NCBI GenBank assembly: GCA_965216875.1
Contig: OZ244207.1
Location: 1,984,001 to 2,048,000 of the forward strand
Length of the DNA: 64,000 nucleotides
DNA from: Rubripirellula sp.
Lineage (GTDB): Bacteria; Planctomycetota; Planctomycetia; Pirellulales; Pirellulaceae
Direction of reading: 5' to 3'
Shown: piece by piece, positions 49,440 through 59,625 of the stretch
How positions within the stretch are numbered: the first letter of the stretch is position 1
Layout: each line of letters begins with the position of its first letter
Position numbers and translations under genes: made by a program
Notes under the pieces: model-generated
Databases searched by the model: none
What the model saw: only the letters and a program-made list of their open reading frames with translations
Told to the model about the DNA's origin: nothing

Positions 49440-51905
49440 TCAGACAGCTTGCTCTTTGCGCTGAATGTCGCCAAAACTGTCCCACCAACGATGAGCATCT
49501 TCGACTGCCCACGGGAATCGGCTTCTCAGCTGGTTCACTTCGTCTTGTAATTCATCAATGGTGACGAAGCGTTGCTCGGGGTCTTTGGCCATGCAGCGCA
49601 TCACAAAAGCCGTGATCTCTTCGGGCAGCGGTTCGTCCCGATGAATCGACATGCTGATCGGTTCTTGCGTGATGATGAGCGCGAAGAGCGATTCGGGGTC
49701 ACATTCGATGAAGGGGGGCCGACCGGCAAGCAAAAAGTAGGCAACGCATCCTACAGAATAGATGTCGGATCGGGGATCGGAATTGGCGGGAGCACGAAAA
49801 CGCTCAGGCGCCATGTACATCGGTGTGCCCGCCCAAACCGCTTCCGAGGTCTGGTAGACGTTCATGTTCTGTTGCAGCGGCTTGGCGAGTCCATAGTCAA
49901 ACACCACAGCCCAATCACCGACCGAAGGGTCAAACGACAACATGACATTTTGCGGTTTGATATCGCGATGCAGGAGCTGCAAAGAGTGGGCTTCGCTGAG
50001 TGCCTCGCACATCTGGGCGATGATCGAGAGCACGCGGCCGATCGGTTGGAAGCCATCGCGGCCGACCACTTCACTTAGGGTCAAGCCCTTAAGCAACTCC
50101 ATGACGCAGAATGCTTCGCCATCTTCCGAGCGACCGTAGTCATAGATCATTACGCTATGCGGGCTGCTCAATGAAGCCGCCAACCTTGCCTCGCGATCAA
50201 AACGCAATCGATCTTCTTTGTTGTGCCGGTCACCTCGGAGCAGTTTCAACGCTGTATCTCGTCCGAGTTGTCGGTGCCGCGCCCGATAGACGACTCCCAT
50301 GCCTCCGCTTCCAAGTTCGCTGAGCACTTCATAGCGACTTAAGGGATGAACGGCGGCGTGCGCTCGTGCCGACCGGCTGGCGATCATTGCCGCTGCTGCA
50401 AATGCGGTCAGAAACAGAATGCTGCCGAGAATCAAGAAGCTGAAGCCGACGATCCGAGTCGGCGCGAAGGCGACATTGACACTTCGCTCGATCACCACAC
50501 CGATCCGTCGGGTTGAATTCCAGCGCCATGCGCCAACGACTTCTTCGCCAGCGTAGTTGTTGTAGGGCTGGATCCGCACCGCGCTATTGCCGTTGGTGAC
50601 CGACATCACGCTGACGGTCAGTGGGCTAATGTTGCGATCGAATTGATCAATCACGTCCGCTGAAAGCTTCATCCCTGGATCTGCCACCCGCAGCCGCGCG
50701 GCAATGGCATTGGAAGCGACATCAAGAGCACCTTGGTCGGCCAGAACTTTGGCATGACGACTTTCCGAAACCATCACCCCCTGTTTGTTGACCGCATAGG
50801 CATCGAGTCCACTTTCGAGCGTGATTTCAACGAGCATCCGATTGAGCTCGTCGTACATATCGAAACCGCGAACCATCAGTGCCGCAATCACTCGGTCGCT
50901 GTCATCATCAAGGACTGGCACGATAATCGCCATGATCGGCTGGTCCGTTTCAGGCTGGTAGCCCTCGGTTTCTTCCGTCAGGCGTTCTGGACCAAAGATG
51001 ACGTTCTCGTTGCGCATCACACGGGCCAAGTTTGCGGCGCGGTCGTGATGTACCGGTGTGCCGACGTCCTCGCCCCCTTCAAGCGAGCTTGCGATGGTCA
51101 TGTAGGAATCACTCCAGACCACAAACTTGATGTCGTCTGAGTTGGCGAGTGTTCGCAGCGCTTGGTGAATCGTCTTTGAGTGAGGCGCTTTGCGCAGTTC
51201 GGCATCGGCCGTATCTGCCTTTGCCAGCTCCACCAAACCGAGGATGGCTTTGCGAATCTCAGGTTGTCGCGACCACGATTGGACAAGTTGAACCTTGTCT
51301 TCGAGGAATCGGTCGGTCGCTAGTGAAACCGTATCGGCGACGCCAACCAACTCGTTGTGAACGGTCTGGTTCATCGTCGACTGAACCCGCTGGAAGGTGA
51401 ACCAACCGACCAGTGCCGTTGGCAGCAACGCAGCCAGCCATAGCCAGCGGGATGTCGTGCGCCGACTTTGGCGCGTTCGTTGAGCCCAAAGCAGAGTACT
51501 CGGCGACTTCTTTGGGACCGAGGTGTTGCCATGCTTCGGCGAAGCGTGGGTTCGTTCGGCGCCATGTTTGGTGACTTGAGACGACGGGCGCTTCGTTTGT
51601 TGGCTGACGAAGGGCCCTGACTTTTGCTGTCCGGTTTCCGTCGTTTTGTTACCAGCGTTCTGACTGGTTGTGTAATCGCTTGCTGCGAGAGCTTGCTGCA
51701 AGGAAGGTGGAGCTAGCGGGACAGCGTTCTCACCCTCGACCTTGGCGGACTCCGGATCGTGCTCAGCCAGCAACGAAATGACTTCGTCATAAAGCTCTTG
51801 ATCGTCGCCCGCCTTTTCACGGACGAACGACTCGCGCTGTTCCGGCGGCAGCTCATCCGCTTCGAGAAAGATATCTCGCATGCGAGAGTAGCGCGCTGCA
51901 TCCAT
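49440..51905 (-). CDS. Membrane Ser/Thr protein kinase with extracytoplasmic sensor-like domain
   Basis: LGSGGMGVVY, ALK, HRDIKPQN, DYGLAK and GTPMYMAPE. Two TM helices flank a Cache-like region. Confidence 0.92.
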   Translation of the reverse strand: MDAARYSRMRDIFLEADELPPEQRESFVREKAGDDQELYDEVISLLAEHDPESAKVEGENAVPLAPPSLQQALAASDYTTSQNAGNKTTETGQQKSGPFVSQQTKRPSSQVTKHGAERTHASPKHGNTSVPKKSPSTLLWAQRTRQSRRTTSRWLWLAALLPTALVGWFTFQRVQSTMNQTVHNELVGVADTVSLATDRFLEDKVQLVQSWSRQPEIRKAILGLVELAKADTADAELRKAPHSKTIHQALRTLANSDDIKFVVWSDSYMTIASSLEGGEDVGTPVHHDRAANLARVMRNENVIFGPERLTEETEGYQPETDQPIMAIIVPVLDDDSDRVIAALMVRGFDMYDELNRMLVEITLESGLDAYAVNKQGVMVSESRHAKVLADQGALDVASNAIAARLRVADPGMKLSADVIDQFDRNISPLTVSVMSVTNGNSAVRIQPYNNYAGEEVVGAWRWNSTRRIGVVIERSVNVAFAPTRIVGFSFLILGSILFLTAFAAAAMIASRSARAHAAVHPLSRYEVLSELGSGGMGVVYRARHRQLGRDTALKLLRGDRHNKEDRLRFDREARLAASLSSPHSVMIYDYGRSEDGEAFCVMELLKGLTLSEVVGRDGFQPIGRVLSIIAQMCEALSEAHSLQLLHRDIKPQNVMLSFDPSVGDWAVVFDYGLAKPLQQNMNVYQTSEAVWAGTPMYMAPERFRAPANSDPRSDIYSVGCVAYFLLAGRPPFIECDPESLFALIITQEPISMSIHRDEPLPEEITAFVMRCMAKDPEQRFVTIDELQDEVNQLRSRFPWAVEDAHRWWDSFGDIQRKEQAV

Positions 51906-52562
51906 TCACTCTGCCTCTGGCGACGCGTCATCCGCAGGCAGATTGTCCGCTTCGGGCGCGTCCTTTTCGGCTGCTTCGCGCTCCGCCGCCTCGGCGTCGT
52001 CAACGATTTCACCGCTTCGCAATTCGCGTCGCATCCAAGCGCGGGCCATCGCCCATTCTTTTTCGACCGTTCTCAGACCGAAGTTCATCTCGGTGGCGAT
52101 CTCTCGCATGGTCATGCCGCCAAAGAACCGCAACTCAACGATTTTGGCCTGGCGTGGGTTCAGATCGGCAAGCGTCTTGAGAAGGTCGTCAAGGGCAACA
52201 ACATCGCTATCGCGACTGAGTTGAAAGGTGACTTCGTCGGTCAATTGGCGACGATCCCATCCGCCGCCGCGTTTGAGCGAGCGGACTTTGCGAGCGTGGT
52301 CGACCAGGATGCGTCGCATCACCGTTGCGCCGATCGCAAAGAAGTGGGTCTTGCCTTGCCAGTTGATCCGCGATTGGTCCACCATCCTCATGTAGGCTTG
52401 GTGAACGAGCGACGAGGAACTGAGTCGGTGGCGCATCGGTTCGTTTTGTAGAAAACGTCCCGCCAGACGGCAGAGGTCTTCATACATCAACGAGAAGAGG
52501 CGGTCCGTTTCGCCTTCATGTCCGTCGCAGCTACGGCTTACCAGATCTGTGATCGAACTCAT
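51906..52562 (-). CDS. ECF-type sigma factor (kinase-associated planctomycete type)
   Basis: LYxxLxRLA-like YEDLCRLA, LVHQAY, MRRILVDHAR, VELRFFGG and W..ARAW. It abuts the kinase gene. Confidence 0.9.
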   Translation of the reverse strand: MSSITDLVSRSCDGHEGETDRLFSLMYEDLCRLAGRFLQNEPMRHRLSSSSLVHQAYMRMVDQSRINWQGKTHFFAIGATVMRRILVDHARKVRSLKRGGGWDRRQLTDEVTFQLSRDSDVVALDDLLKTLADLNPRQAKIVELRFFGGMTMREIATEMNFGLRTVEKEWAMARAWMRRELRSGEIVDDAEAAEREAAEKDAPEADNLPADDASPEAE

Positions 52563-52730
52563 GATCAGTTGCGCTCATCCTGTTCATTGTCCACCGAAGC
52601 TCACCAAAACGATCGTGTCTTCAATGTGAACTGACGCCAATCGTGGTCGGTTGACGTCGGGTATTCCGCTTCATCGTCGCGGCAAGACAAGGGTCGCAGG
52701 GCCTCCATCGACTCCGCATTCCTCCCTCTA

Positions 52731-53648
52731 CTATAACGCCCCGCTGTCATCAATGTAATATTCGCTCGCCAGCCTCACAGTAGCGGCATGGATGTCAACG
52801 ATGTCGTCTATCTGGGGTGCGTACCCGCCCGCCATCGCAATGGCCAGTGGAATTCGCTCTTCTTGGCACCACCGCAGCACCCGTGCGTCTCTGGCTGCTA
52901 GTCCCGCTTTGGTGAGGGAAAGTCGACCAAGTCGATCATTTTGGTAGGGGTCGGCACCGGCCAAATAGATTCCCAGATCAAAGGCACCGGCCTTGGACAC
53001 TTGCGTCAATGCGTCGTCAAGCTGATCGAGGTAATCCTGATCACAAGTACCGTCTGGCAGCTCGACATCGAGGTCGCTGGGGTGCTTGCGGATGGGGAAG
53101 TTCTTTTCGCCATGAATCGAGAGTGTGAAGACGCTTGAATCGCCACAGAAGATCGCAGCCGTTCCATTTCCCTGGTGCACGTCCAAATCGATGATGCAAG
53201 CTCGGTCAATGAGCTTCGATTGTTGTAGCACGCGGATCGCGACGGCTGCGTCATTGAAGACACAGTAACCCTCGCCGGCGTCAGCAAACGCGTGGTGCGT
53301 GCCGCCGGCCAAATTGACGGCGACTCGTTCGTTGAGTGCGGCCGTCGAGGCGGCGATCGTCGCCCCCACGCTTCTCTGGGATCGCTCCACCATCTTTGTC
53401 GACCAAGGGAACCCGATACGGCGAATCTCTTCTTTGGACAGTCCGCCTTGGAAGACGGCGTCAACATACCTTTCCGTATGACAGAGTCTCAGCGAATCGA
53501 AATCGGCTGCAGGTGGCACGAGCAGGGTGTCGCCCACATGACAATCGCTCAGCGCGATTCGTTGCCGCAGCAGGCGATACTTGGACATCGGGAACCGATG
53601 CTTTGCGGGCAGGGGCAACTCAAAATGGTCGGTGTAAAAGATCTTCAC
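52731..53648 (-). CDS. Histone deacetylase family protein
   Basis: HRFPMSKY, GGTHHA, GYCVFND, DLDVHQGNG, GADP and GGY. Confidence 0.92.
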   Translation of the reverse strand: MKIFYTDHFELPLPAKHRFPMSKYRLLRQRIALSDCHVGDTLLVPPAADFDSLRLCHTERYVDAVFQGGLSKEEIRRIGFPWSTKMVERSQRSVGATIAASTAALNERVAVNLAGGTHHAFADAGEGYCVFNDAAVAIRVLQQSKLIDRACIIDLDVHQGNGTAAIFCGDSSVFTLSIHGEKNFPIRKHPSDLDVELPDGTCDQDYLDQLDDALTQVSKAGAFDLGIYLAGADPYQNDRLGRLSLTKAGLAARDARVLRWCQEERIPLAIAMAGGYAPQIDDIVDIHAATVRLASEYYIDDSGAL

Positions 53649-53660
53649 CCAACTCGACTC

Positions 53661-54155
53661 TTATTGCCATGGAAGCCGACAGACACCCCATTGGCCGTTG
53701 TTCTCGTCGACAGCGACTTCGATCCAGTCGAGCGCTTCGCCGAATTGCTCGCGTGTTTGTTCCATCACGCGTTCGGCGATCACTCGGGCGATTTCTTCTG
53801 CGGTGGTGTTGATCACCGGCAACAGCACACAGTCTTCGTTGGGAAACACCCAGCGTTTGTCGCGGAAGGTCGCCGTGGTTTCCTTTTCGTCGCTGGTTAC
53901 GTGGATTTCCGCGTGGCTCTGCGGCAAGATCACGTGGTGGTCCATCGTCATCGTCTCTTTCAGCACTGCATCACGCAGCGCAATGAAATCGACGACGTAA
54001 CGATTCTCATCAAGCGGACCTTCGACGCTTGCGCGTACGCCGTAATTGTGGCCGTGAATGCGTTCGCAGATGTCACCTGCGAAGGTGATGAAGTGAGCCG
54101 CCGAAAAAGTGAATTGTTCTTTGGTGACATCGACTCGGAAGGTCGGCTTGCTCAT
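53661..54155 (-). CDS. 6-pyruvoyl-tetrahydropterin synthase family protein (CExxHGH type)
   Basis: FSAAHF, CERIHGHNY, VVDF and NTTAE. Confidence 0.88.
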   Translation of the reverse strand: MSKPTFRVDVTKEQFTFSAAHFITFAGDICERIHGHNYGVRASVEGPLDENRYVVDFIALRDAVLKETMTMDHHVILPQSHAEIHVTSDEKETTATFRDKRWVFPNEDCVLLPVINTTAEEIARVIAERVMEQTREQFGEALDWIEVAVDENNGQWGVCRLPWQ

Positions 54156-55060
54156 TCTCGCTCGCTCAGAGATTCGAAGGAGGGTTGGTTCGAACGCAGT
54201 AAAACGTACAGTGAGGCGGCAATCAAATCCGCTGTTGTTCCGGGGTTGTAGCGATTGCCGTCTGACCGCAGGAACTGATCCAAGGCAGCAACCTCGGCGG
54301 GACATTGGAAGTTCACACCGGACGCACGTCTTTGTACCTCGACGGCAACCTCGCGTCCTTGTTTGCGAATAATCAATGAATCCGGCTCGGCGGCGAGCAA
54401 TTCCAAATGGGCACAGCCAATACCGGAAAGAAGGTCACCGGTCGCAGCGATACTGCGTCCCACCACAGCGGTGATGTTGTCAATCAGGTCAGCAAACCCG
54501 CAAACGAACTGACGGGCAACACGATCATACGAAGAGGCGATTTGCATCGCTGCGATCAAGTCCGCGGGGGCGCCTTCGGAAGCGTGCAAATCCATTTCCT
54601 CAGCCTTTCCCAAGCCGCCAGCCATGGCGCTGTTGATCGCATCATAGACGTTGCGCGAGTCTGCTTCGGTCAAGCCTTGCAAGATGCTGGTGATCGCGTC
54701 TTTCCAATCGCACGCGGTGCGCTGCTCCGGCGTTTTGCCGCAGGCGAGCATGGATTCATCGGCGGCAACAAGCGGCCCCATCAAGAGCAAGATCCCGAGA
54801 TTCACATTGGTGCCGGTCTTGGCAACCGTCTCGGAAACGGCTCGCTTGATCGACGCCGAGAACGAAGCATCGCCGGTGTCAAACACCTCGGCTGCGATTT
54901 CTGCGGCGAGAACAAAATCGGAATAGTTCAGATCGTCGAAACTGGCTCCGGGATGGACATTGCCTACCTTGGGCGCGGTCGCTTCGAGAACACAGGCCCA
55001 ACGCAATGCACTCGCACGATCGCCGGCGACCTCTCGAATGCTCTGCAGCGGGTCAGTCAT
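54152..55060 (-). CDS. Triphosphoribosyl-dephospho-CoA synthase (CitG) family protein
   Basis: LEATAPKVGNVH, NVNLGILLL, DSLIIRK and NPGTTADL. Confidence 0.85.
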   Translation of the reverse strand: MTDPLQSIREVAGDRASALRWACVLEATAPKVGNVHPGASFDDLNYSDFVLAAEIAAEVFDTGDASFSASIKRAVSETVAKTGTNVNLGILLLMGPLVAADESMLACGKTPEQRTACDWKDAITSILQGLTEADSRNVYDAINSAMAGGLGKAEEMDLHASEGAPADLIAAMQIASSYDRVARQFVCGFADLIDNITAVVGRSIAATGDLLSGIGCAHLELLAAEPDSLIIRKQGREVAVEVQRRASGVNFQCPAEVAALDQFLRSDGNRYNPGTTADLIAASLYVLLRSNQPSFESLSERE

Positions 55061-56030
55061 TGGCGTTCACTTGATCCGCCGCATCTTGCCGAGACGTCGC
55101 GGCGTTGCGGTTTGCATCGCTTTCTAGAAACTCTTCGATCGCCGCCAACGTTTCCGCAGGGGCATCTTCGATCACATAGTGCCCGGCATCATGGATCTCA
55201 ACCGATTGGGCATTGGGCCAATGCGATTGGAAACGCCTCAAACACTCGGGACGGAAACACCAATCCTTCATGCCCCAAACGAGCAGGGAAGGGAGGTCCG
55301 AAAGTGACTGCAAATCTTCTTCCAGCTTCGTCAACACAGCATGGGTCGGATGCGATGACTTCATCGGAATGTCTTTGACGAAGGCATCGATCGCAACACG
55401 GTTTTCCCAGCTGTCATAGGGAGCGAGCAATCCGCTTGCGGCCTCGGGCGACAGGCTTTGTCGCGACATCGCCATGGTGATGGCAGCCTTTGCAAACAGG
55501 TTCAGCCCGCGAACGCCGAATGTTCCCAGGACGGGGAAACGACATAGTGAAATTCGAAGGGGAATGTAGGGTGGTGGAAAAGCGCCCGTGTTAAGCAACA
55601 CGATTCGTTTCAACCGCTCGCGACGTTCGAGCATCGCTGACAATCCGATCGCGCCGCCCCAGTCGTGGGCGACAAGAGTGATGTCGTCGAGATCGAGTTC
55701 ATCGATCAACCGTACGACGTTATCGCGGTGGGAAGCGAGTGAATAGTTGAACTCGCTGGCATCCGGTTTGTCACTTCGCCCACATCCCATGTGGTCGACG
55801 GCAACGACTCGGTGGGTGGGCGAGAATCGCTCGACGACCTTGCGCCAGTAAAAACTCCACGTCGGATTGCCGTGCACGCAAAGGATTGCCCGCTTTTTCC
55901 CCTCGGCATCGAGACCACTAGCACCGGAACCACCAACACTGGGGCCTTCGTCAAGGTAACGAAGGGTGTGCGAGCCGATCGACAACGATTTCGACGGATA
56001 GGGAAAGATCTCGGAGCTGACGTTTTGCAT
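55053..56030 (-). CDS. Haloalkane dehalogenase-like alpha/beta hydrolase (OleB-like)
   Basis: HGNPTWSFYWR, HDWGG, WGMKDWCF and AGHYVIED. Confidence 0.85.
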   Translation of the reverse strand: MQNVSSEIFPYPSKSLSIGSHTLRYLDEGPSVGGSGASGLDAEGKKRAILCVHGNPTWSFYWRKVVERFSPTHRVVAVDHMGCGRSDKPDASEFNYSLASHRDNVVRLIDELDLDDITLVAHDWGGAIGLSAMLERRERLKRIVLLNTGAFPPPYIPLRISLCRFPVLGTFGVRGLNLFAKAAITMAMSRQSLSPEAASGLLAPYDSWENRVAIDAFVKDIPMKSSHPTHAVLTKLEEDLQSLSDLPSLLVWGMKDWCFRPECLRRFQSHWPNAQSVEIHDAGHYVIEDAPAETLAAIEEFLESDANRNAATSRQDAADQVNAND

Positions 56031-56188
56031 CCCAAGAGTTTCCAAAAAACGAGGCCGATGCGAAACCCGGTACCTTTCGGTCGACCGATTGGCTCGGCGC
56101 GGCATATGATTGAGGGTCGACGTGCGCTATCCTCTGCGGACGATTGAGTCGGTTTCGAACCCCGTTCGCCTGGGAGGGCAGGTAGTCC

Positions 56189-57742
56189 ATGTCACGATCT
56201 CTTTTGGTTGCCCTATGTCTCGGCATCACGAGCACGGTCGCATTGGGTGCCGGCGGGACGCTGACGGTAAAAACCGTCGAAAAGGGGACGGATCAGCCCG
56301 TGATCACCCGGTTCGAACTCTGGCGGGGCCCGATCGACAGCAAACACGTCCCGGTTCGTCGCACCGTTTCGGCCGGAATGGGCATCGTTCTGGACGAATC
56401 GATCGACCTCACGCTGCCCGAGAGTCTCTACACCTTTCGTATGATTCGCGGCCCCGAATATCGCATCGTCACAGGGAATTTCGCGCTCGATAAGACAAGT
56501 CTTGACCAGAAGACCGTGCCGCTGACGCGGATGGTCGAAATGCGGAAACTCGGATGGATTTCGGGTGATTGCTGCGTCGTGCCCTCACCGCACCGCCTTG
56601 AAATGCGGATGGCGGGCGAGGATCTGCATCTGGCTCGCACGCTCGGAAAGGTTGCCGCCAAGCCAGTGGCGAAACGCAAAGCCGACGAAATGCCAGACCT
56701 TGATCCCACATGGATATCGCATGACGTCACCCACCGCGAAGGGCTGGTGTTCTACGGCGATGCCTCCTTTGAAAAGTCGGTCGACGACCCTGGCGATGAC
56801 AAATTGCCCTCAAGCCGGTTCATTGTTGCGGCCACAAAAGCCGAAGAGCCTCCGAAGATTGCCATCGAGAACCCGTTCGCCTGGGAGTTGCCGGTTTGGA
56901 TCGCGAGTCAAAAAATCGACGGCTATTTCCTGCTTGGAGATTGGCTCCGACTGGACAAGAAGATCGCAAGGGTTGTCGATGGTCGGCCTCTTCAAGGCAT
57001 CAACATTGGCGGTGCCAAGAGCGTTGGCCGCCACGCTGAGCGGATCTATTGGAACCTGCTTGAATCGGGACACCGAATCCCGCCTCTGGCCGGGGGCGGT
57101 GATCAAAGTGGCAACAACCCGATCGGCTACAACCGGCTGTACACGGCCGAACCGCTTCACATGTCGTCTTCCGCCGATCCAGAACAGACTGTCGGCCGTC
57201 CAGCGAGTAAGGGAGCATGGTGGGGAGCGGCGTTTCGCGGGTGCTCAGTTGCAACCAATGGCCCGCTGCTTCGCCCGCGCGTTGACGGTGAACTGCCCGG
57301 ATTCGTTTTCAAGAGCACGGGCGACCGAACGTTGAACCTCGAGATCACACTCGACCTCGCAGTTCGCGACCCGGTCGAGTACATGGAAGTGATCCACAAT
57401 GGCCGTGTTCATTACAGCGCGAAACTTGACGAATTCGCGAAGGCGGGCGGTTACATTCCGCCGGTGATCGCCGACGAGAGTGGCTGGATCACCATTCGCG
57501 TCGTGACGCTGTACGAAGACCATTTTCGAGCGGCGATGAGTGCACCGTGGTACATCGAATTTGACGGACAGCGTCGAGTGACAGAGCGGAGCGTCGAGTT
57601 CTTTCACAAGTGGCTCGATGATTACGAACAACGCTTGCTCAAACTCCCCAAGGACAAGCTGCAAAAGCACGTGCCCTTCGTGCGTGCCGCAAGAAAATAC
57701 TGGCTCGACAAAGAGAACTCGCCCGGTTTTGTCGCCAAGTAG
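56189..57742 (+). CDS. Secreted CehA/McbA-like (PHP-fold) protein, degenerate
   Basis: Signal peptide, RGPEY, GWISGD, LLESGHRIPP, NPIGYNRLY and TNGPLL. Confidence 0.65.
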   Translation: MSRSLLVALCLGITSTVALGAGGTLTVKTVEKGTDQPVITRFELWRGPIDSKHVPVRRTVSAGMGIVLDESIDLTLPESLYTFRMIRGPEYRIVTGNFALDKTSLDQKTVPLTRMVEMRKLGWISGDCCVVPSPHRLEMRMAGEDLHLARTLGKVAAKPVAKRKADEMPDLDPTWISHDVTHREGLVFYGDASFEKSVDDPGDDKLPSSRFIVAATKAEEPPKIAIENPFAWELPVWIASQKIDGYFLLGDWLRLDKKIARVVDGRPLQGINIGGAKSVGRHAERIYWNLLESGHRIPPLAGGGDQSGNNPIGYNRLYTAEPLHMSSSADPEQTVGRPASKGAWWGAAFRGCSVATNGPLLRPRVDGELPGFVFKSTGDRTLNLEITLDLAVRDPVEYMEVIHNGRVHYSAKLDEFAKAGGYIPPVIADESGWITIRVVTLYEDHFRAAMSAPWYIEFDGQRRVTERSVEFFHKWLDDYEQRLLKLPKDKLQKHVPFVRAARKYWLDKENSPGFVAK

Positions 57743-57769
57743 GTCATGCTCCGCATGACAATGCCTAGC

Positions 57770-57845
57770 GTAGCTACCTTCGCCAGAAGGTGGTTTGCAG
57801 TGGCGGGCACTCTCCATCGCCCCGCGCTCTGGCGAGCGTAGCTAC
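57770..57845. repeat. Second GTAG-capped REP doublet family (E)
   Basis: GTAGCTACCTTCGCCAGAAGGTGG...CCGCGCTCTGGCGAGCGTAGCTAC between convergent genes. Confidence 0.8.
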
Positions 57846-57862
57846 GGGAGTTGACGCAGGAC

Positions 57863-59449
57863 CTACGACGTTGGTCCGGCAGCTCGAATTTCCTCCGATG
57901 CGCCGGCCTCGTATTTTTGAAAGTTCTGGATGAACAGGTCGGCAAGTCGACGGCAGCTACTTTCGTATGCCTCTTCATCGGACCAGCTCTCGCGTGGCCA
58001 AAGAAGCGTCGATGGCACGTCGGGGCAATGTGTCGGCACCTCGAAGTTGAATACCGGGTCAGTCCGTGTGGTTGCTTCCGACAATTCACCACTATGAATC
58101 GCGTCGATGATTCGGCGAGTGTGTTTGAGGCTCATGCGATCACCAATCCCATACGGCCCTCCAGACCAACCGGTGTTGACGAGCCACGCATGGCTGCCAT
58201 GTTCTCGAATCCTCTCAGCCAATAGCTCAGCGTACTTTGCCGGGTGCCAGACGAGGAAGGCGGCGCCGAAGCAGGCGCTGAAGGTTGCGGTGGGCTCAGT
58301 CACGTTCATTTCTGTTCCGGCAACCTTTGCCGTGTAGCCACTGATGAAATGGTACATGGCCTGTTCTGGCGAAAGCTTAGAAACCGGGGGAAGTACGCCG
58401 AAGGCATCACAGGTCAAGAAAATGATGTTTTCGGGATGGCCGCCGACACAAGGGATCTTTGCGTTGTCGATGAAGTCGATGGGATAGGCCACTCGTGTGT
58501 TTTCGGTGATCGAAGCGTCGTCGTAGTTAACGACATGCGTCGCTTCGTCGAAGACAACGTTCTCGAGTACGGCGCCGTATCGCACCGCATCGTAGATCTC
58601 CGGTTCATTCTCCTTCTTCAGGTGAATGACCTTGGCGTAACAACCCCCTTCGATGTTGAAGACGCCGGAATCGGTCCAACAATGCTCATCGTCGCCAATC
58701 AACCGCCGCACCGGATCGGTGGAAAGTGTCGTTTTGCCGGTTCCTGACAGACCAAAAAAGAGCGCCACTCGCCCGTCAGCCGATTCATTGGCGCTGCAGT
58801 GCATGCTGAGCACGCTTTTCTTCGGCATCAGGTAGTTCATAACGGTGAAGACGCCCTTTTTCATCTCCCCGGCGTACTGGGTCCCTAGAATCACCAACTC
58901 ACCCAGCTCGATCGACAGGTCGATGCTGGTCGTGCTCGTCATTTGCGCGGTGTAGGGATTGGCCGGAAAGGCACCTGCGTTGAAGATCACAACGTCGGGT
59001 TCACCGAAGTTCGCCAGTTCGTCTTCGCTTGGACGAATCAGCATGTTGTGCATGAACAACGCGTGATAGGCGCTCTCGGCGATCACACGGACTTTGATCT
59101 GATGTTCTTTGGCCCATCCAGCGAAGCCATCAAATACAAAGGTTCGCGGCCGCGTGTTGAGGTAATCGATGGCCCGTTGTCGATTGATCAAGAAGGACCG
59201 CTCGGTGAGCCGTATGTTGACCTCACCCCACCAAATGTCGTCGCTGGTGGTCGGTTGATCGACGATGCGTTTGTCTTTTGGGCTTCGCCCTGTCTTGTCG
59301 CCGCTTCGCGTGGCCAGGGCGCCGGAAGCGGCAATCACGGCGTGTTGGTCGATAATCGCGAACTCATAAAGGCGAGCTGGAGTCGCGTTGTGAATCACAT
59401 CGCTACCGTAGAGCCCGTATTGGGACAAATCGATCGGGTTGACACTCAT
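57863..59449 (-). CDS. pckA: Phosphoenolpyruvate carboxykinase (ATP)
   Basis: TGRSPKDK, YAGEMKK, GLSGTGKTTLS, IGDDEH and EGGCYAK. Confidence 0.97.
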   Translation of the reverse strand: MSVNPIDLSQYGLYGSDVIHNATPARLYEFAIIDQHAVIAASGALATRSGDKTGRSPKDKRIVDQPTTSDDIWWGEVNIRLTERSFLINRQRAIDYLNTRPRTFVFDGFAGWAKEHQIKVRVIAESAYHALFMHNMLIRPSEDELANFGEPDVVIFNAGAFPANPYTAQMTSTTSIDLSIELGELVILGTQYAGEMKKGVFTVMNYLMPKKSVLSMHCSANESADGRVALFFGLSGTGKTTLSTDPVRRLIGDDEHCWTDSGVFNIEGGCYAKVIHLKKENEPEIYDAVRYGAVLENVVFDEATHVVNYDDASITENTRVAYPIDFIDNAKIPCVGGHPENIIFLTCDAFGVLPPVSKLSPEQAMYHFISGYTAKVAGTEMNVTEPTATFSACFGAAFLVWHPAKYAELLAERIREHGSHAWLVNTGWSGGPYGIGDRMSLKHTRRIIDAIHSGELSEATTRTDPVFNFEVPTHCPDVPSTLLWPRESWSDEEAYESSCRRLADLFIQNFQKYEAGASEEIRAAGPTS

Positions 59450-59625
59450 GCGACGTGATTTCCATCCACTTTTCAAGGGCAACGAATTGTCCTTGAGTCT
59501 AGCGCGACCGATCGTCTGGTGCGACACCAATTAGCGATTCGGTCGGTTCCTGGTACACTGCAGCGCGAACCACAAGTCGCGTTCGCACTGATCCTTTGGC
59601 GCAAACTTGCAGAGAGCCGCGCGAA

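Noticed and set aside
49440..52562. ECF sigma/kinase pair as a novel system
   Set aside because: This arrangement is already well described in planctomycetes.
55053..56030. Olefin biosynthesis (oleABCD) cluster
   Set aside because: Only the OleB-like hydrolase is present, and oleA, oleC and oleD are not adjacent.
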